The position numbers and the translations under genes were made by a program. Shown here in pieces: positions 1 through 14,111 of a stretch of 64,000 nt of DNA. The notes beneath the pieces are model-generated. The model did no database searches, was not told the DNA's origin, and saw only the letters and a list, made by a program, of their open reading frames with translations. Source of the stretch: Octopus vulgaris (lineage: Eukaryota); assembly GCA_951406725.2 (NCBI GenBank), contig CATOCA020000001.1, forward strand, positions 9,300,001-9,364,000, given 5' to 3'. Positions within the stretch are counted from its first letter, which is position 1. Each line of letters begins with the position of its first letter.

Positions 1-1161
1 TATGTATGTATGTATGTATCTATGTATGTGTGTATGTATGTATGTATGTGTGTGTCTATTATATATGTGTGTATGTATGTGTGTATGTATGTATGTATGT
101 ATGTTTGTATGTATGTATGTATGTGTGTATGTATGTATGTAAGTATGTGTGTATGTATGTATGTATGTATGTTTGTATGTGTGTATGTATGCATGTATGT
201 ATGTACATGTGTATGTATGTATATATGTATGTATGTATGTATGTGTGTGTGTCTATGTATGTGTGTATGTGTGTGTGTATGTATATATATATATACATGT
301 GTGTATGTATGTATGTCTGTATGTATGCATGCATGTATGTATGTATGTATGTATGTATGTATGTATGTATGTATGCATGCATGTATGTATGTATGCATCT
401 CTGTATGTATGTATGTATGTATGCATGTATGTTTGTATGTATGGTTGTATGTATGCATGTATGTATGTATGTATGTATGCATGTATGTATGTATGTATGT
501 ATGTATGTGTGTATGTATGTATGTATGTGTGTGTGTGTGTCTATTATGTATGTGTGTATGTATAAGTGTATGTATGTATGTATGTATGTATGTTTGTATG
601 TATGTATGTATGTATGTATGTACGTGTGTATGTATGTATGTAAGTATGTGTGTATGTATGTATGGATGTATGTATGTGTGTATGTATGTATGTATGTGTG
701 TATGTATGTATGTATGTATGTACATGTGTATGTATGTATATATGTAGGTATGTGTGTGTATATTATGTATGTGTGTATGTATGTGTGTATGTATGTATAG
801 ATGCATGTGTATGTACGTATGTCTGTATGTATGTATATATGTATGTATGTATGTATGCATGTATGTATATATGTATGCATGTACGTATGTATGTATGCAT
901 GTATGTATGTATGTATGTATGTGTGTTTGTATGTATCTATGTATGTATGTATGTATGTATTCATGTATGTATGTATGTATGTATGTATGTATGTATGAAT
1001 GTATGCATGTATGTATGTATTCATGTACGTATGTATGTATGCATGTATGTATGTATGTATGTATGTATGTATGTATGTATGTATGTATGTATGTATGTAT
1101 GTATGTATGTATGTATGTATGTATATATGTATGTATGTATGTATGTATGTGTGTATGTATG

Positions 1162-1195
<34 letters not shown>

Positions 1196-1692
1196 TGTAT
1201 GTATGTATGTATGTATGTATGTATGTATGTATGTATGTATGTATGTATGTATGTATGTATGTATGTATGTATGTTTGAATGTATGTATGTATGTATGTAT
1301 GTGAGTATGTATGTATGTACGTATGTATGTATGTATGTGTGTATGTATGTATGTAAGTATATATGCATGTATGTATGTATGTATGTATGTATGTATGTAT
1401 GTATGTATGCATGTATGTATGTATGTTAGTGTCTATTATGTATGTGTGTATGTATGTGTGTATGTATGTATATATGTAGGTGTGTATGTATGTATGTATG
1501 CATGGATGTATGTATGTATGTGTGTATGTGTGTATGTATGTGTGTATGTATGTATGCATGTATGTATGCATGTATGCATGTATGTATGTATGTATGTATG
1601 CATGTATGTGTGTATGTATGTATGTATGCATGTATGTATGTATGCATGTATGTATGCATGTATATATGTATGTATGTATATTTGTATGTATG

Positions 1693-1724
<32 letters not shown>

Positions 1725-2930
1725 CATGTATGTTTGTATGTATATATGTATGTATGTATGTTTGCATGTATGTATATATGTATGTATATATGTATGTATG
1801 TATGTTTGTATGTATGTATATATGTATGTATGTATGTATGTAGGTATGCATGTATGTATGTATGTATGTATGCATGTATGTATGTATGTATGTGTGTATG
1901 TATGTGTGTATGTATGTATGCATGTATGTATATATGCATGCATGTATGTATGTATGTATGCATGCATGTATGTATGTATGTATGCATGTATGTATGTATG
2001 TATGTATGCATGTATGTATGTATGTATGCACGTATGTATGTATGCATGAATGTATGCATGTATGTATGTATGTATGTATGTATGTATGTGTGTATGTATG
2101 TATGCATGCATGTATGTATGTATGTATGTATGTGTGTATGTAAGTATGTATGTATGTATGTATGCATGTATGTATGTATGCATGCATGTATGTATGTATG
2201 TATGTGTGTATGTATTTATGTATTATGTGTGTATGTATGTATGTATGTGTGTGTCTATTATATATGTGTGTATGTATGTGTGTATGTATGTTTGTATGTA
2301 TGTATGTTTGTATGTATGTATGTGTGTATGTATGTATGTATGTATGTACATGTGTATGTATGTATATATGTAGGTATGTGTGTGTATATTATGTATGTGT
2401 GTATGTATGTGTGTATGTATGTATATATATGCATGTGTGTATGTACGTATGTCTGTCTGTCTGTATGTATGTATGTATGTATGCATGTATGTATGTATGC
2501 ATGTATGTATGTATGTATGTATGTATGTATGTATGTATGTATGCATGAATGTATGCATGTATGTATGTATGTATGTATGCATGTATGTATGTTTGTATGC
2601 ATGCATGTATGTATGTATGTATGTGTGTATGTATGTATGTATTCATGTATGTATGTGTGTATGTATGTATGTATGTATGTATGTATGTATGGTTGTATGT
2701 ATGCATGTATGTATGTATGCATGTATGTATGTATGTATGTATGTATGTATGTATGTATGTATGTATGTATGTATGTGTGTGTATGTATGTATGTATGTGT
2801 ATGTATGTATGTATGTATGTATGTATGTATGTATGTATGTATGTATGTATGTATGTATGTATGTATGTATGTATGTATGTATGTATGTATGTATGTATGT
2901 ATGTATGTATGTATGTATGTGTGTGTGTGT
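1..2930. repeat. Degenerate (TATG)n microsatellite array, ~2.9 kb, runs off the window start
   Basis: Visible tetranucleotide repeat; the YVCM/HTYI ORFs are its translation artefacts. Confidence 0.98.
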
Positions 2931-3119
2931 CTGATCAATTCAAAGAAACGAATAAAGCGAAAAGGAAACGGAAAAACGAATGTGAGACGTGCACATGAAA
3001 AGTATTACCTTGGGATTCGGTGAGAGGTGATTTTGACGTTTTGAGCATAGCGCTCTGTGGGAAAGGAGAAAGGGAAAGTCCGATGACGGAGAAGGAATCA
3101 CCCAACGGCACACGTGTAC

Positions 3120-3167
<48 letters not shown>

Positions 3168-4068
3168 ATATATATTTATATATATATATATAAATATCGA
3201 AATAACAACAGAACATTAAGTAGTAATGCAGTATGAATGCTTGAAGCTTCTCCATTCAATTAAACAATGCAATCATTACCTCAATTTAAATATAGAACTA
3301 TCCTTGGCTGTACAAAATACAGAATGTTTTAACAAGTAGGACACATTGATATAATTTTTCTTAAACATTTTAAGAGAGTAAGAAGTTGGAGGAAATTCTT
3401 ATCATCGTTTTTGTAGCAGAGTGTCTAAGAATAGACTACACTTTCTTGGAATCGCATGGGGCATAGTGGAGTTTTTTATGGTTACCAGGGTTTGTAATTC
3501 ATTTCTAATGTATTTATCTCTTTATCATCTGATAAAACAAAAACTAGATGACTGTGTCTATTTTGAGTAAAGAACAAAAGTCGTCAGCTCACGGCCTGGT
3601 CACAAATAATTTCATAAGTATCCCTTTTCCTCAAGAGAAAGGAAGTAAGAGATTAGGAATAGTCAGATTGATGGAAGTAATTGTCTTTGAAAATAAAGGC
3701 AGGATAGGGGTGGACTAGGAAACATGATGTCCATTACCAGTTAAAGGGGCAAGATAGTAAGAGACTTAAGATACAAATACAGGGAATTTATTAGGGTCAC
3801 GACGGGGGGACGTTTATAAACAATATTGATATGATGCACAAAAATAAAATATAAGAATTCCAAATATCATAAGTAAAATAGCTAAAAGGTGTGCATGTAT
3901 CTAAGTGTAAAGATAAAATTAAGCAGCAATGTCGATAAAAATTAGTCAGCAACGACTGCGCAAAATATTGTGTCCCATAAGACTTGAACATACATCCTCT
4001 CCACTCTATTCAAATGAGACGAACTAAGGTCAAATACCCAGTGCCAATAATGGTCGTAGGTTCGCGAA

Positions 4069-4508
4069 TGTGGGAGCACCACGATCTCAAGTGCAAGTGA
4101 TCCCCAAATTGTTCAATGTTATTGCAGTGACGTCATCTTGGAAATCTCCAGCACGCATGCGCAGGGTTGGAGTCTTTCGGGAGACCTGTCAGAAGTTTAC
4201 TCATGCGCATGCGCCAGCAGCTGAACAAGACAGGCGTGTTTTATCAGCTCTCTCAAGCTGCTACCTCGTGGCGTATCTCCGCTATGCTTGAACGGAGAGG
4301 ATTTGGCTCACTCCACTTGACTACCGCGATAAGCTCCTAGGCTGCCGATTCACCCAGAGGAAGAAATGTATATATTGCGAATCAAGAAATAAATATTTAT
4401 ACTTTTGAAGTTAATCGGAATTCTTGACTCTTTCCTTCGATTAATCGAATTTAATGTAAAGGATGCGAGCTGCACTCATCCAGTGCGGGGACCTCTCATC
4501 CTCTTACA
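4069..4508 (+). mobile_element. Possible solo LTR
   Basis: TG...CA ends with imperfect terminal IR (TGTGGGAG / CTCTTACA), GC-richer than flanks, TGACGTCA and GCGCATGCGC motifs, AATAAA near 4388; no clear TSD. Confidence 0.35.
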
Positions 4509-4899
4509 CTATTTTCGGCACATCCAGTTTTATAGCGAAATGTTGTCTTAGAAACATGCTTTTAAATGTGAAGGTTGCTTCTTTCCCAGTGGGAAGCCCA
4601 GAATTTCTGAGGGACATGCACCTAGGTTCTTCTGTCCTTTTAACAGGTCTTATTTTCAGTTCTGCTGACTTTCTAGGAACACAACCTCCCCAGGCACCAC
4701 CGAGTTGACGGCAACTAAACCGGTTCACACATACACACACGCATGCATAGATACATACACACACGTACATACATGCATGCATACATACACACACGTACAT
4801 ACATACATACACAGACGCATGTATGTATACATATATATATATATATACACACACATACACAAAACATATATACTTTCATATACACATACCTAAACACAA

Positions 4900-6140
4900 A
4901 ACAAAGGGGCAGCGGGTTAACATCAATCCAGATTGCCTGTCAATGTCACATCGTATCCCTTGGGCAACATTTTTTAACCAGCAAGAGTCGAAGTGCATCC
5001 CTTGACCCAGTTTGCACATATGAGGCTGATAACATCATAAGACTTGGAAGGCAGCTCTTTGAGCAACATTCCTTGTCCGATAACCTTAAATACATGTCCA
5101 AAGTAGTCGCACGACTCTACTGCAATCTATCATCACATGAATGGATGAGCTGATATGAGCAGAAGACATTGCGTGGATATGTTAGTAGAAAGCTCCAAGA
5201 TAAGGTGACAGTAATGTTGATCCACAAAGCAATCTATCATGGACCAGTGGCGGAATTACTAGCTTCCACTTCGCAGGGTATGTGATTGCAATCCACGAAC
5301 AGGAAATATCAACCAAATGCCTGATACACAAAAGGGAAAGAGATGCAGGGAAAGCAGTAAAATGACAACCGATGCCGACTTCGTAGAGTAAACACCGAAG
5401 ATATCAACCACATCATAAGCAGTTGTCCACAAATGTCATCACAGTATTATCGACTGTTGAGAAATGATGTTGTATCTAGGACACCCGATAATAAAAATCC
5501 GTCAGAAGTATAACCCCGAGGAGAAAGAAGAACCCACACTATGGTAGAAGCCATAGCCACTCATAATAAAAATGAGTACTAGTGGAATGTTTCAGTGAAT
5601 ACCTTAATAAAATGTAAGAAGAACGGACCTGATATAAGGATCTGGGATAGAAAAGGGAAACCAAACAGTTGTGGAAATTAGCTGCTCAGTGGATGTTAAC
5701 ATAAAGCTGAAGATCAGTGAAAATGAGAACGCCTATACTGGAGTATTGAGAAATCTGCAGTTTCTTTATCCAGATTACAAATTCAGGTTTATACCTGTAA
5801 ATATTGGGTCCCTAGGATATGAAACACACTGTCTAAATACCAATTTTGAGAAATTCGGCTTCTCAACAGCAGAAAAGAGAAAGCGGATTCGAAGAGAATA
5901 GATCCAGTCCATCACTGGAACTGTAAGAATCTGTAAACTTTCCAGAAGTTTAACATTTAAATATATATCAGCATGTGATGATATACAACTATATGCTTGA
6001 GAATACATACATAAAACATACAAATCTGTACACATATACATACAAAAATACTCTTTTGCTGATGTTGAACTTCCTATGAAAGAACCTTGGATCTAGGTTA
6101 GAAACCGGCGCTTTCCCTATTGGCAAGACATCAAGAAATA
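4900..6140 (+). mobile_element. Decayed 3' part of an R4/Dong-like (REL endonuclease) non-LTR retrotransposon
   Basis: Broken frames give GSGLTSIQ, a CCHC-like finger (CRLRRVNTEDINHIISSC), PDIRIWDRK and VEISCSVD...FIPVNIGSLG. Confidence 0.75.
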
Positions 6141-8088
6141 ATATCATGGAATATATATACGTTGCCATACTCAGTGCCCCGATCCATCATTCAGTGAGAT
6201 ATCCAAGTGCTAGATTTTCTTCTATTGAATATCTTTAGAGCAGAACAAAAAAGATTTCTTTGATATTTGACAAAACTGCAAACATCATTTTTGCAAAATC
6301 AATAACGTTTCTAAAATTTTTAAATTTTATTTATAGCATTTATGTTTCACTTTGTTTAGGGATAAACATTTATTGTATTCAAATCAAAATTAAAAGTAAT
6401 TTTTTGTTTTTCGGATTTTAAGATTTTTCTTTGAAGTTCTTTAAAGTTTTAATGTAAAATACGATAATTCCACAGAAATATTTCTTTATTTAACAAATTA
6501 TAACCTAGATTATTGCTTAAAATACTGTATTTATATGTAATCTATAAAAATATATCAAATATATAGTCTCTTCAAATTTAATATGATGTTTCAGTCATAT
6601 AATGTCATGCTATAACTTATAGAAGTCGAAATTTTACAACATTAAAATTAAGTTTATCAAATCGCATAACCAAGTTGTTAAAGACTTTCTAGCCATGGCC
6701 TTCTCATATGTATCCATTATCTAATATGTTTAATTCACGCAGTTATTTGGAGACACCATCGTTGGTTTGTAATAAAGTTTGTTATAATTCCAGACAATGT
6801 TCAATAATTCTCTGACAAATAATATCCGAGATAGAGAGAAAACATATTTCGTGCATTCCACATTAAAATGTTGATGTAGGATAAAAGTGTGGTGAGAGAA
6901 AAATATATATCTTGTCATGAAATTGTTTGATATTTAAACAGTTCTTGTTTATTTCAACATATATATACAAATTATATTTCCAGAACAATTACATTTATAT
7001 TCAAAGTTTAATATAAAAATGAAAATCAGTTTTAAAATTTCGTTGATTGAAAGAAGGAAGATGTCGTTGCAATGTCGGACACAATAACTTGTAGCATTTA
7101 TTCTCTCTGTACGATCTGAGATCAAATCCTGGTGCGGCCAACAATGCTTTCTTTTATCTTTCAGGGTGTTGATAAATAGAATAATAATCTAAGGGGGTGA
7201 ACTTATGGAATATCTAGACATTGGCCAAGATGCCTCTCAGCATTTAATCTCTTTTTCATTGGTGTTCTGAGTTCAAATCCCGCTGGGGCCTACCCGTGTA
7301 GTAAACTTAACCTAACCCTTATTCTAACACTACCACTTGGCCCTTGGGGGTCACTTTAGCAGAGAATTTCTCTGTGGTATGTATCCATGTTAGGTATTTT
7401 GTGTTGAGGCTATCTTCCACCCACCCATCATTCAGAGACACTGAGGAAAAAGTTGGTTCACAGGCAGGACCCTTCTCACCCTCTCTAAGTGTATAAAATA
7501 ATGAAGTTTAGGAAGAAGAACCGATTAATTTTACTGACATAAAATAGATTTACAAACTTTAAATTTCACTTTATTAATAGAAATCCTCTGTAAACTACCA
7601 AAAATAATGTATTATCAGATGAAGATTTTCATTCCTTTAGTTTCCCTTAAAGAGTTTTTTCATAGTGATAACCAAACTATGTTTTAGATTTCGGAAATGT
7701 AAATAAAAAAGTTTTACTTGTGACACTGTAAAATATTTTCCCACTTTTTAGTCGATAAAACACAAAACTAATTCCAATATAAAAGTATATTTATGTTTGA
7801 AATAGTTATAATGAATGTTTTTACAAGGTAAATGTGTTAGGAAATTGTATGTTAATTATAAGAAACATGACAGTAATATTTACCAGTAATCAGGTTTCAA
7901 TTTCAGTCTGAAGTTCTGTCTCAGGAGAGAGTCCCGTCTTTGCAAATCCAGTTCTTTAACTAGGCAAAAGCTTCTGTGAAGTTTATTATATACTATACAC
8001 GGATGGCGATTATGTCCTCATGTATGTGTTTCTATGTTTTAGTGTGTGTACGTGTGTTTGGGTGTTTATGCTGTAGTATGTATATGTT

Positions 8089-8124
<36 letters not shown>

Positions 8125-8331
8125 GTCGTTTACATAAGGAAACTAATCTCACAAACTGAATGTTATATTTCTCTCCCCACCCCCCAATTACACTTTCTCT
8201 CTTTCTCTCTCAGATGACGTCAACTCCATCGCCGTCACCTCCACCTTCACCTCTTAAATTGACCTCTTTCTCTACAAACAACATTCAGCGCTTCTCATGA
8301 ATGCTTTTTGAGGCGTTTTGCTTCCTACAGA

Positions 8332-8566
8332 AGGCGACGAGCTGGCAGAAACGTTAGCACGCCGGGAGAAATTCGTAGCCGTATTTCGTTTGCCGTTACG
8401 TTCTGAGTTCAAATTCCACCGAGGTCGACTTTGCCTTTCATCCTTTCGGGGTCGATAAATTAAGTACCAGTTACGCACTGGAGTCGATGTAATCGACTTA
8501 ATCCCTTTGTCTGTCCTTGTTTGTCCCCTCTGTATTTAGCCCCTTGTTGGTAGTAAAGAAATAGAT
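8332..8566 (+). mobile_element. tRNA-derived SINE with Nin/Deu-like core
   Basis: A-box-like TGGCAGAAACGTT, B box GTTCAAATTCC, core GCCTTTCATCCTTTCGGGGTCGATAAATTAAGTACCAG; many copies in the window. Confidence 0.88.
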
Positions 8567-8569
8567 ATA

Positions 8570-10460
8570 CCGTAGACCTGACAAATAGGGAGCAGATGCT
8601 CTGAAACTGACGCTCCCATCAGAGGCAATTGAAGCAGCGGAGAGAAGAACGGTGCTTTTCAGATGCAGCACAGCAGGCACGAAAAGAGCGGCGTTGTCCA
8701 AGTAGACATAGCGAGGGGCAAGCAATACGGCACCGTTTCGGTGCAGTTTAAATCAGAAGCCCTCGCTATGAAACATTCAATGACCCTCTGCAAAACCAGC
8801 AAAGTCATCAAGTGCCCCACCCACATGGGGAAACGTACAGTCCGCGTCCGCATTCCTAGAATACCCCCAGGACTAGATCATTGATGGCTTCTCGGATACG
8901 TAATCGTGGCGGGGACGGATATTGTCCCTATAGAGGCGATAAGAACTGCGAGGGAGAACTGGTCGATTGACCTGGAGATGCTTCTCCAGATCAAACCCGA
9001 AAACATTAAAAAAAAACCCGGATGACATCCGTCTCTAGAATGGGACAGTAATACATACCATGACTGAGGGCAAAATGCCTCATTGTGTAGAAAGGACTTA
9101 TTTGGCTGCTCGCTGCCCCCTACAGCCTCCATTGATGCCTATGCCGGGAGGAGAACCACAAACATCACCAGCACCGGCAAAATCAACAGCAACAACACCA
9201 AAGACATTAACCACCCTAAGGGGAAACAAGGAAAGCTCTCCCTCATCACACAAAACAGAAATACACACATAAACATGATTATAAACATACACACTAACAC
9301 ACTTACAGCAACAGCCCCTTAGCCTTCCAGTGGCGAAGATGAAGGAAAACCGAAAGGTCCAAAAAAAATAAATAAATAAAGCAAAGTACAAAAGAAAACC
9401 TCCAGACACCATAACAACATACACAATAAAAACTACAAACATCACCCACGCAAACATCTCTCCGAAAACACCAACACAACCAGCACAATCATTTTCACCA
9501 GAATCCCCCAAACGCAAACAACCAAAACAGCAACAGACACTCACACAAACATCTACAACTGCAGGAACAGAAGCAACAACACCGTCACCACTGCAATCAA
9601 GCAAACAAATTAAACAACACCAACACAAAACACCCAATCATCAGAAGGGACAACGAGGAACTGAGGGCACTCGTAACACAAAACACGGAATTTGAAAGAG
9701 GAGGGGGTGATCATTGAATCGAACACGTTTCGTGTACCAGCTCTCTCAAATTTTTGTGCTGGAGTCGTGCGACATTCGCACCAGAAGTGAATCTGGTTTA
9801 GATGTTTGTGTGAGAGTCTGTTGCTCTTTAGGTTGTTTGCCTTTGGGGGATTCTGGTGAAGGTGATTGTGTTGGTTGTGTTGGCCTCCATGTTCGATGAC
9901 TATCAGATTCGGAGGACGTAGGAACCGCTAACATGAGACCCACATCGAGGCTCTTAAAGGAGTTCCCTAAAGAGACCCAAACAAGTATGGAATTCGAACC
10001 ACCCGACCTTCACAAGACACTGGGAAGTAAGTAAACCTTTTCCTTTCTTTCTTTAGCTTGCCAACATGGCCATACCATAAGGAGTATCTTTAAATGTGCG
10101 AGGCCTGGGGACACCCTGGAAGGAGGGACAACTGCTCAACGACTTCAGGTCTGTAGAACTGGATATAATTGCTGTCAGTGAAACAAGATTTCCAATACAC
10201 ACACAGTGGTGGCCTCCATGTTCGATGACTATCAGACCTTTGCATCTGTTAGTCGGACGGGAATGGGAAGTGAAGAGGCAGTACTGTTTAGGAAAGAACT
10301 GGATCTCGAGGTAAAGTCGATCTTCCGGGACCCCAACGGGAAGTTGGTGGTCCTGGACGTGAGCAACAGGGAAGATTAGGTCTTTTGACTGGCGGCCATC
10401 TACGCTCCTACCAGGGCTAAACAGCCAGATTTCTTTGGGCGTCTGGAAGCCTGTAACGGA
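8570..10460 (+). mobile_element. Truncated, decayed Tx1/L1-like LINE: ORF1 remnant plus start of ORF2 APE endonuclease
   Basis: ORF1 segments RGKQYGTVSVQFKSEALA and PTHMGKRTVRVRIPRIPPG; ORF2 SLNVRGLG...DIIAVSETR, DPNGKLVVLDV and AIYAP (APE motifs) with stops and frameshifts. Confidence 0.8.
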
Positions 10461-10495
10461 ATCTAGGATCAAAGCTGGGATTGTGTGCGAATAGC

Positions 10496-10620
10496 TTCCA
10501 AATAGGAAAGCGTTGTTCTAGAAAGAGCAGTAGAAATCTCAAAAACCACAAAAAAAGGATAAATTTGTGTTTTTTGTGCTTTCTACTGCTCTTTCTAGCA
10601 CAACGCTTTCCTATTTGGAA
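10496..10620. repeat. Inverted repeat, ~55-bp arms
   Basis: TTCCAAATAGGAAAGCGTTG... matched by ...CAACGCTTTCCTATTTGGAA. Confidence 0.9.
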
Positions 10621-10651
10621 TCCTCTAATTGTATTTCTAATTTAATTTATA

Positions 10652-10754
<103 letters not shown>

Positions 10755-10764
10755 GTCTAAATAT

Positions 10765-11004
10765 ATAGAGTGGTTGTATACTGCCAACTTAACGGGACAG
10801 TCCCGTAAGGGAATTACACCACCACTGTTTAGCCCTAGGAAGCATCGACGCTTCATGTCGACCTTGACACATTTCCTGTATCCTTATATATTTACGATCT
10901 GTCAAGGTCGACAGGAAGCGTCGATGCTTCCTAGGGCTAAATAGCGGTATTGTAATTCCCTTACGGGACTGTCACGTTAAGTTAACAGTATACAACCACA
11001 CTAT
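10765..11004. repeat. Inverted repeat, ~105-bp arms with 30-nt spacer, between (TA)n tracts
   Basis: GGGACAGTCCCGTAAGGGAATTAC...CCTAGGAAGCATCGACGCTTC...GTCGACCTTGACA and its reverse complement from 10900. Confidence 0.92.
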
Positions 11005-11055
11005 CGCTCCACCACTGCATATATCTCTATGAGATATTTAGAAATTTAATATTTC

Positions 11056-11093
<38 letters not shown>

Positions 11094-11114
11094 TATATAC
11101 ATATATATACAAGC

Positions 11115-11146
<32 letters not shown>

Positions 11147-11542
11147 GTAAACGTTATAAATATATATTTATATGTATGTGTGTGTGTGCATACGCACACA
11201 TATGTATATATTTATACATATATAACGGCGCCCTGGCATGATTACAGCTGACACTAGTTAAAGAGCTGTTATGCATATACATGTGTTATACATATACACA
11301 CCTAATTCAATTAAATACACACATATATACGCATGTATGTATATGTATTAATATGCATCCTTATCCTTATGTTAGAACATTCACACAAACAAGAGACAAG
11401 ATACAAAAGCAGAATGAAACACTCCCAGCAACATTCCAATGAGAGGATGGATTGGTTGATAATGTTGATGTCCTACTTAAGGGAAATGTCTAGTTTCATA
11501 AACGAGGTCAACCGGATTATTGTTATCATTAGACTCTTTTAA

Positions 11543-11745
11543 GGCAGACTCGTTAGTACTCCGGGCGAAACGCTCACCAGTATATCGCCCGTCACTACGT
11601 TCTGAGTTCAAATCCTACCGTGGTCGTCTTCGCTTTTCATCCGTTCGGGGGTCGATAAAATAAGTACCAGTGAAACACTGGGGGCGATGTAATCGACCAG
11701 TGCCCTGCTCACAAAGTTCCAGGCCTTGTGCCTATAGCAGACTCA
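11543..11745 (+). mobile_element. tRNA-derived SINE (Nin/Deu-core family)
   Basis: Similar to 8332-8566, including B box and core. Confidence 0.8.
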
Positions 11746-12059
11746 TGATCGTAAGATTGTGGTTTCAATTCCAGGTCCGTGAGTTTCGTTGTGTCTTCGA
11801 GCTAAGCACTTCAGTTCCCATTGCTCCAGACTCCAGTCCACTCAGCCAGCAAATGTGGGTCATCCTGTGACAGGCCGACGCTCCGTCCAGGGGTGGGGAT
11901 ATATGTATCATAAAAACCGGGAAACTGGGAAACCAACACCCACGAGTCTATATGATACGAGAAGGGTCTTTAACCATTATACCCTATTATATTCTTTATT
12001 GCATTATGTGTTTCAACCCCAAATCTGTGGCCATGCTGGGGCTGTGCCAGTGTCATCAC

Positions 12060-12480
12060 CTTTGCAAAGGCCATTCTCACGTGATTGGTTTCATCTGGAG
12101 TCTGAAGGCCAAGGTGATTCTTAAAAACATCTACAGCCCCTTCATGTATATCTCTTAGGGGTTCTAGCAAGATCTTAAATAGCCGTGATTTTTAGAATCC
12201 TAAGCTGTTGCGGCGGCTGATAGTTACTCTAAACTGGATCAATGGGACCTTGGGAACAGCGCAGTGGTTTCCTGTTTGGGAGCTGGTACCAAGTGAGGTT
12301 GTGGAACCACTGGCAGAATATCCGAGAATGTATGTTTCCAATGCGGTAGATGCAGTGGAGCAGGTCATATGCGCACAGCAGAAATTGAGTCCCTTAAATG
12401 TTTGGCTGGCTCATTAGAAGGTGTTGATCGGTTTTGCTACGAAAGAATTGTAAAATAAACGAGGCCCAGTATATACCCAT
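12060..12480 (-). mobile_element. CR1-like LINE 3' remnant
   Basis: Minus frame RLFKILLEPLRDIHEGAVDVFKNHL...PDE resembles the CR1-type ORF2 C-terminus. Confidence 0.55.
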
Positions 12481-12564
12481 CATGACTACCCGTCTGATAA
12501 GGGTACACCAGGCACATGCATCACAACCATATGTACGCGACATGGTGATCTCATATCAAGATAA

Positions 12565-13280
12565 AGAAGAGAGAGAGGAGAAGGAGAAGGGGAGGGGAGG
12601 AGGTGGAGTAGAAGAAGAAGGATGATGTGAGGAAGGGAGAAGGAGGTGGAGGAATGAGGAAGGATGAGGAGGAGGGGGATGAGGAGGAGAAGTAGGAGAG
12701 GAGGAGGGGAATGAGGAGGAGAGGGTAGGAGAAGAAGTAGGACGGGATGAGGAGGAGGGGGAAAGAGGAGGAGGGGGAAAGAGGAGGAGGGGGAGGAGAA
12801 GAAGTAGGACGGGATGAGGAGGAGGGGGAATGAGGAGGGGGGGATGAAGATGAGAATATGAGGAAGAGGGAAGGAGGAGGAAGAGGTGAAGAATGGGAAG
12901 GGAGGGGAGGGGAAGAAAAAGACGAAGAAGAAAGATGAGGTGGGGAAGGGAGGAGAAGGGGAGGAGAAGGATGAGGAGGAGAGGTCAGGAGGGGAGAGGG
13001 GAGTATGAGAGGTAGGAGGGGATGAGGAGGATGGGGAATGAGGAGAAGAGGGGATGAGGAGAAGTACGAGGGGATGAGGAGGAGGGGAGGGGAAGAGCGG
13101 GAAAAGGTGAAGTAGGAGGGGATAAGAAGGAGGAGGAGGAGAAGTAGGAACGGATGAGGAGGAGGAGGAGGAGGAGAAGTAGGAACGGATGAGGAGGAGG
13201 AGGAGGAGGAGGAGGAGAAGAAGAAGAAGAAGAAAGGTGAGAGAAAGGCGTTGAGTGCAGAGGAGAGGAGAAGATTGGAA
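12565..13280. repeat. Purine-rich (GGA/GAA) low-complexity tract
   Basis: Almost exclusively G/A on + strand; recurring GAAGTAGGA(A)CGG(G)ATGAGGAGG units. Confidence 0.92.
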
Positions 13281-13826
13281 AGGAATGAAGCGAGCATGTT
13301 TCTTTGTTGCGGATGCAATGTAAGCATGCGCGAACGTCACAGTGCAAATGTACTGAGAGAGAGAGAGAGAGACAAGGAATAAGAGGAATTAGATGTTGTG
13401 TTCAAGAGTGGAGGCTGCGCTCGAGGATCCTTTTATCAATGAATCCATCATTTTGAGATTTGGTTTGCAAGATTCTTTATGTGAGTTCGTGTGTTGAAGC
13501 ATATTCTGTTGTGTCTGAGGAGAGTCATTTTCTTTTAGTGCTGTATAATTTAACACACTCACATACACCCATATACATACGTTTGTGTACGTTTGTGTCC
13601 GTGTTTGTCGCCCACAACCACTTGGCAGCCGCTGTTGGGTGGGTTACATCCCCGTATATTAGCATTTCATCAATAGAGAAATCTATAGAATAAGTTACTA
13701 GGCTTAAAAAATAACACTTGGGGATGATTTGTTCGACTAAATCCATTGAAGGCGGTACTCCAGTATGGCCGCAGTCAAATGTCTGAAACAGGTAACAGAA
13801 TAAAAGAATATACATATATATATGTA

Positions 13827-13904
<78 letters not shown>

Positions 13905-14111
13905 GTGAAATAGAAAGATGAATAATCTTGTAGTAGATTAATCAAAAGTTTAACCGATACCTTAGTAGCAAAAATCACAGCAGTAAAACAGCACGGTTGG
14001 AGGTACAACCATATGGTGTTGCAACCGTGCGTTGGTGCGGATAATTGAAATTAGAACATTATTGGTGAATTGAAGAAATGGAGCTGAACGCAGATTGAAC
14101 AGAAATCGTTT

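Noticed and set aside
6-3023. Long YVCM/HTYI ORFs (up to 570 aa)
   Set aside because: Translations of a stop-poor tetranucleotide repeat in all frames
6055-6120. Hammerhead-like CTGATG...GAAACCGG at the LINE 3' end
   Set aside because: Core deviates (CTGATGTT) and stems do not pair convincingly
8332-8425. tRNA gene
   Set aside because: A/B boxes present but no full cloverleaf, and it continues into a SINE core repeated across the window
12486-13347. Pro/Ser/Leu-rich ORFs
   Set aside because: Antisense translation of a purine-rich low-complexity tract
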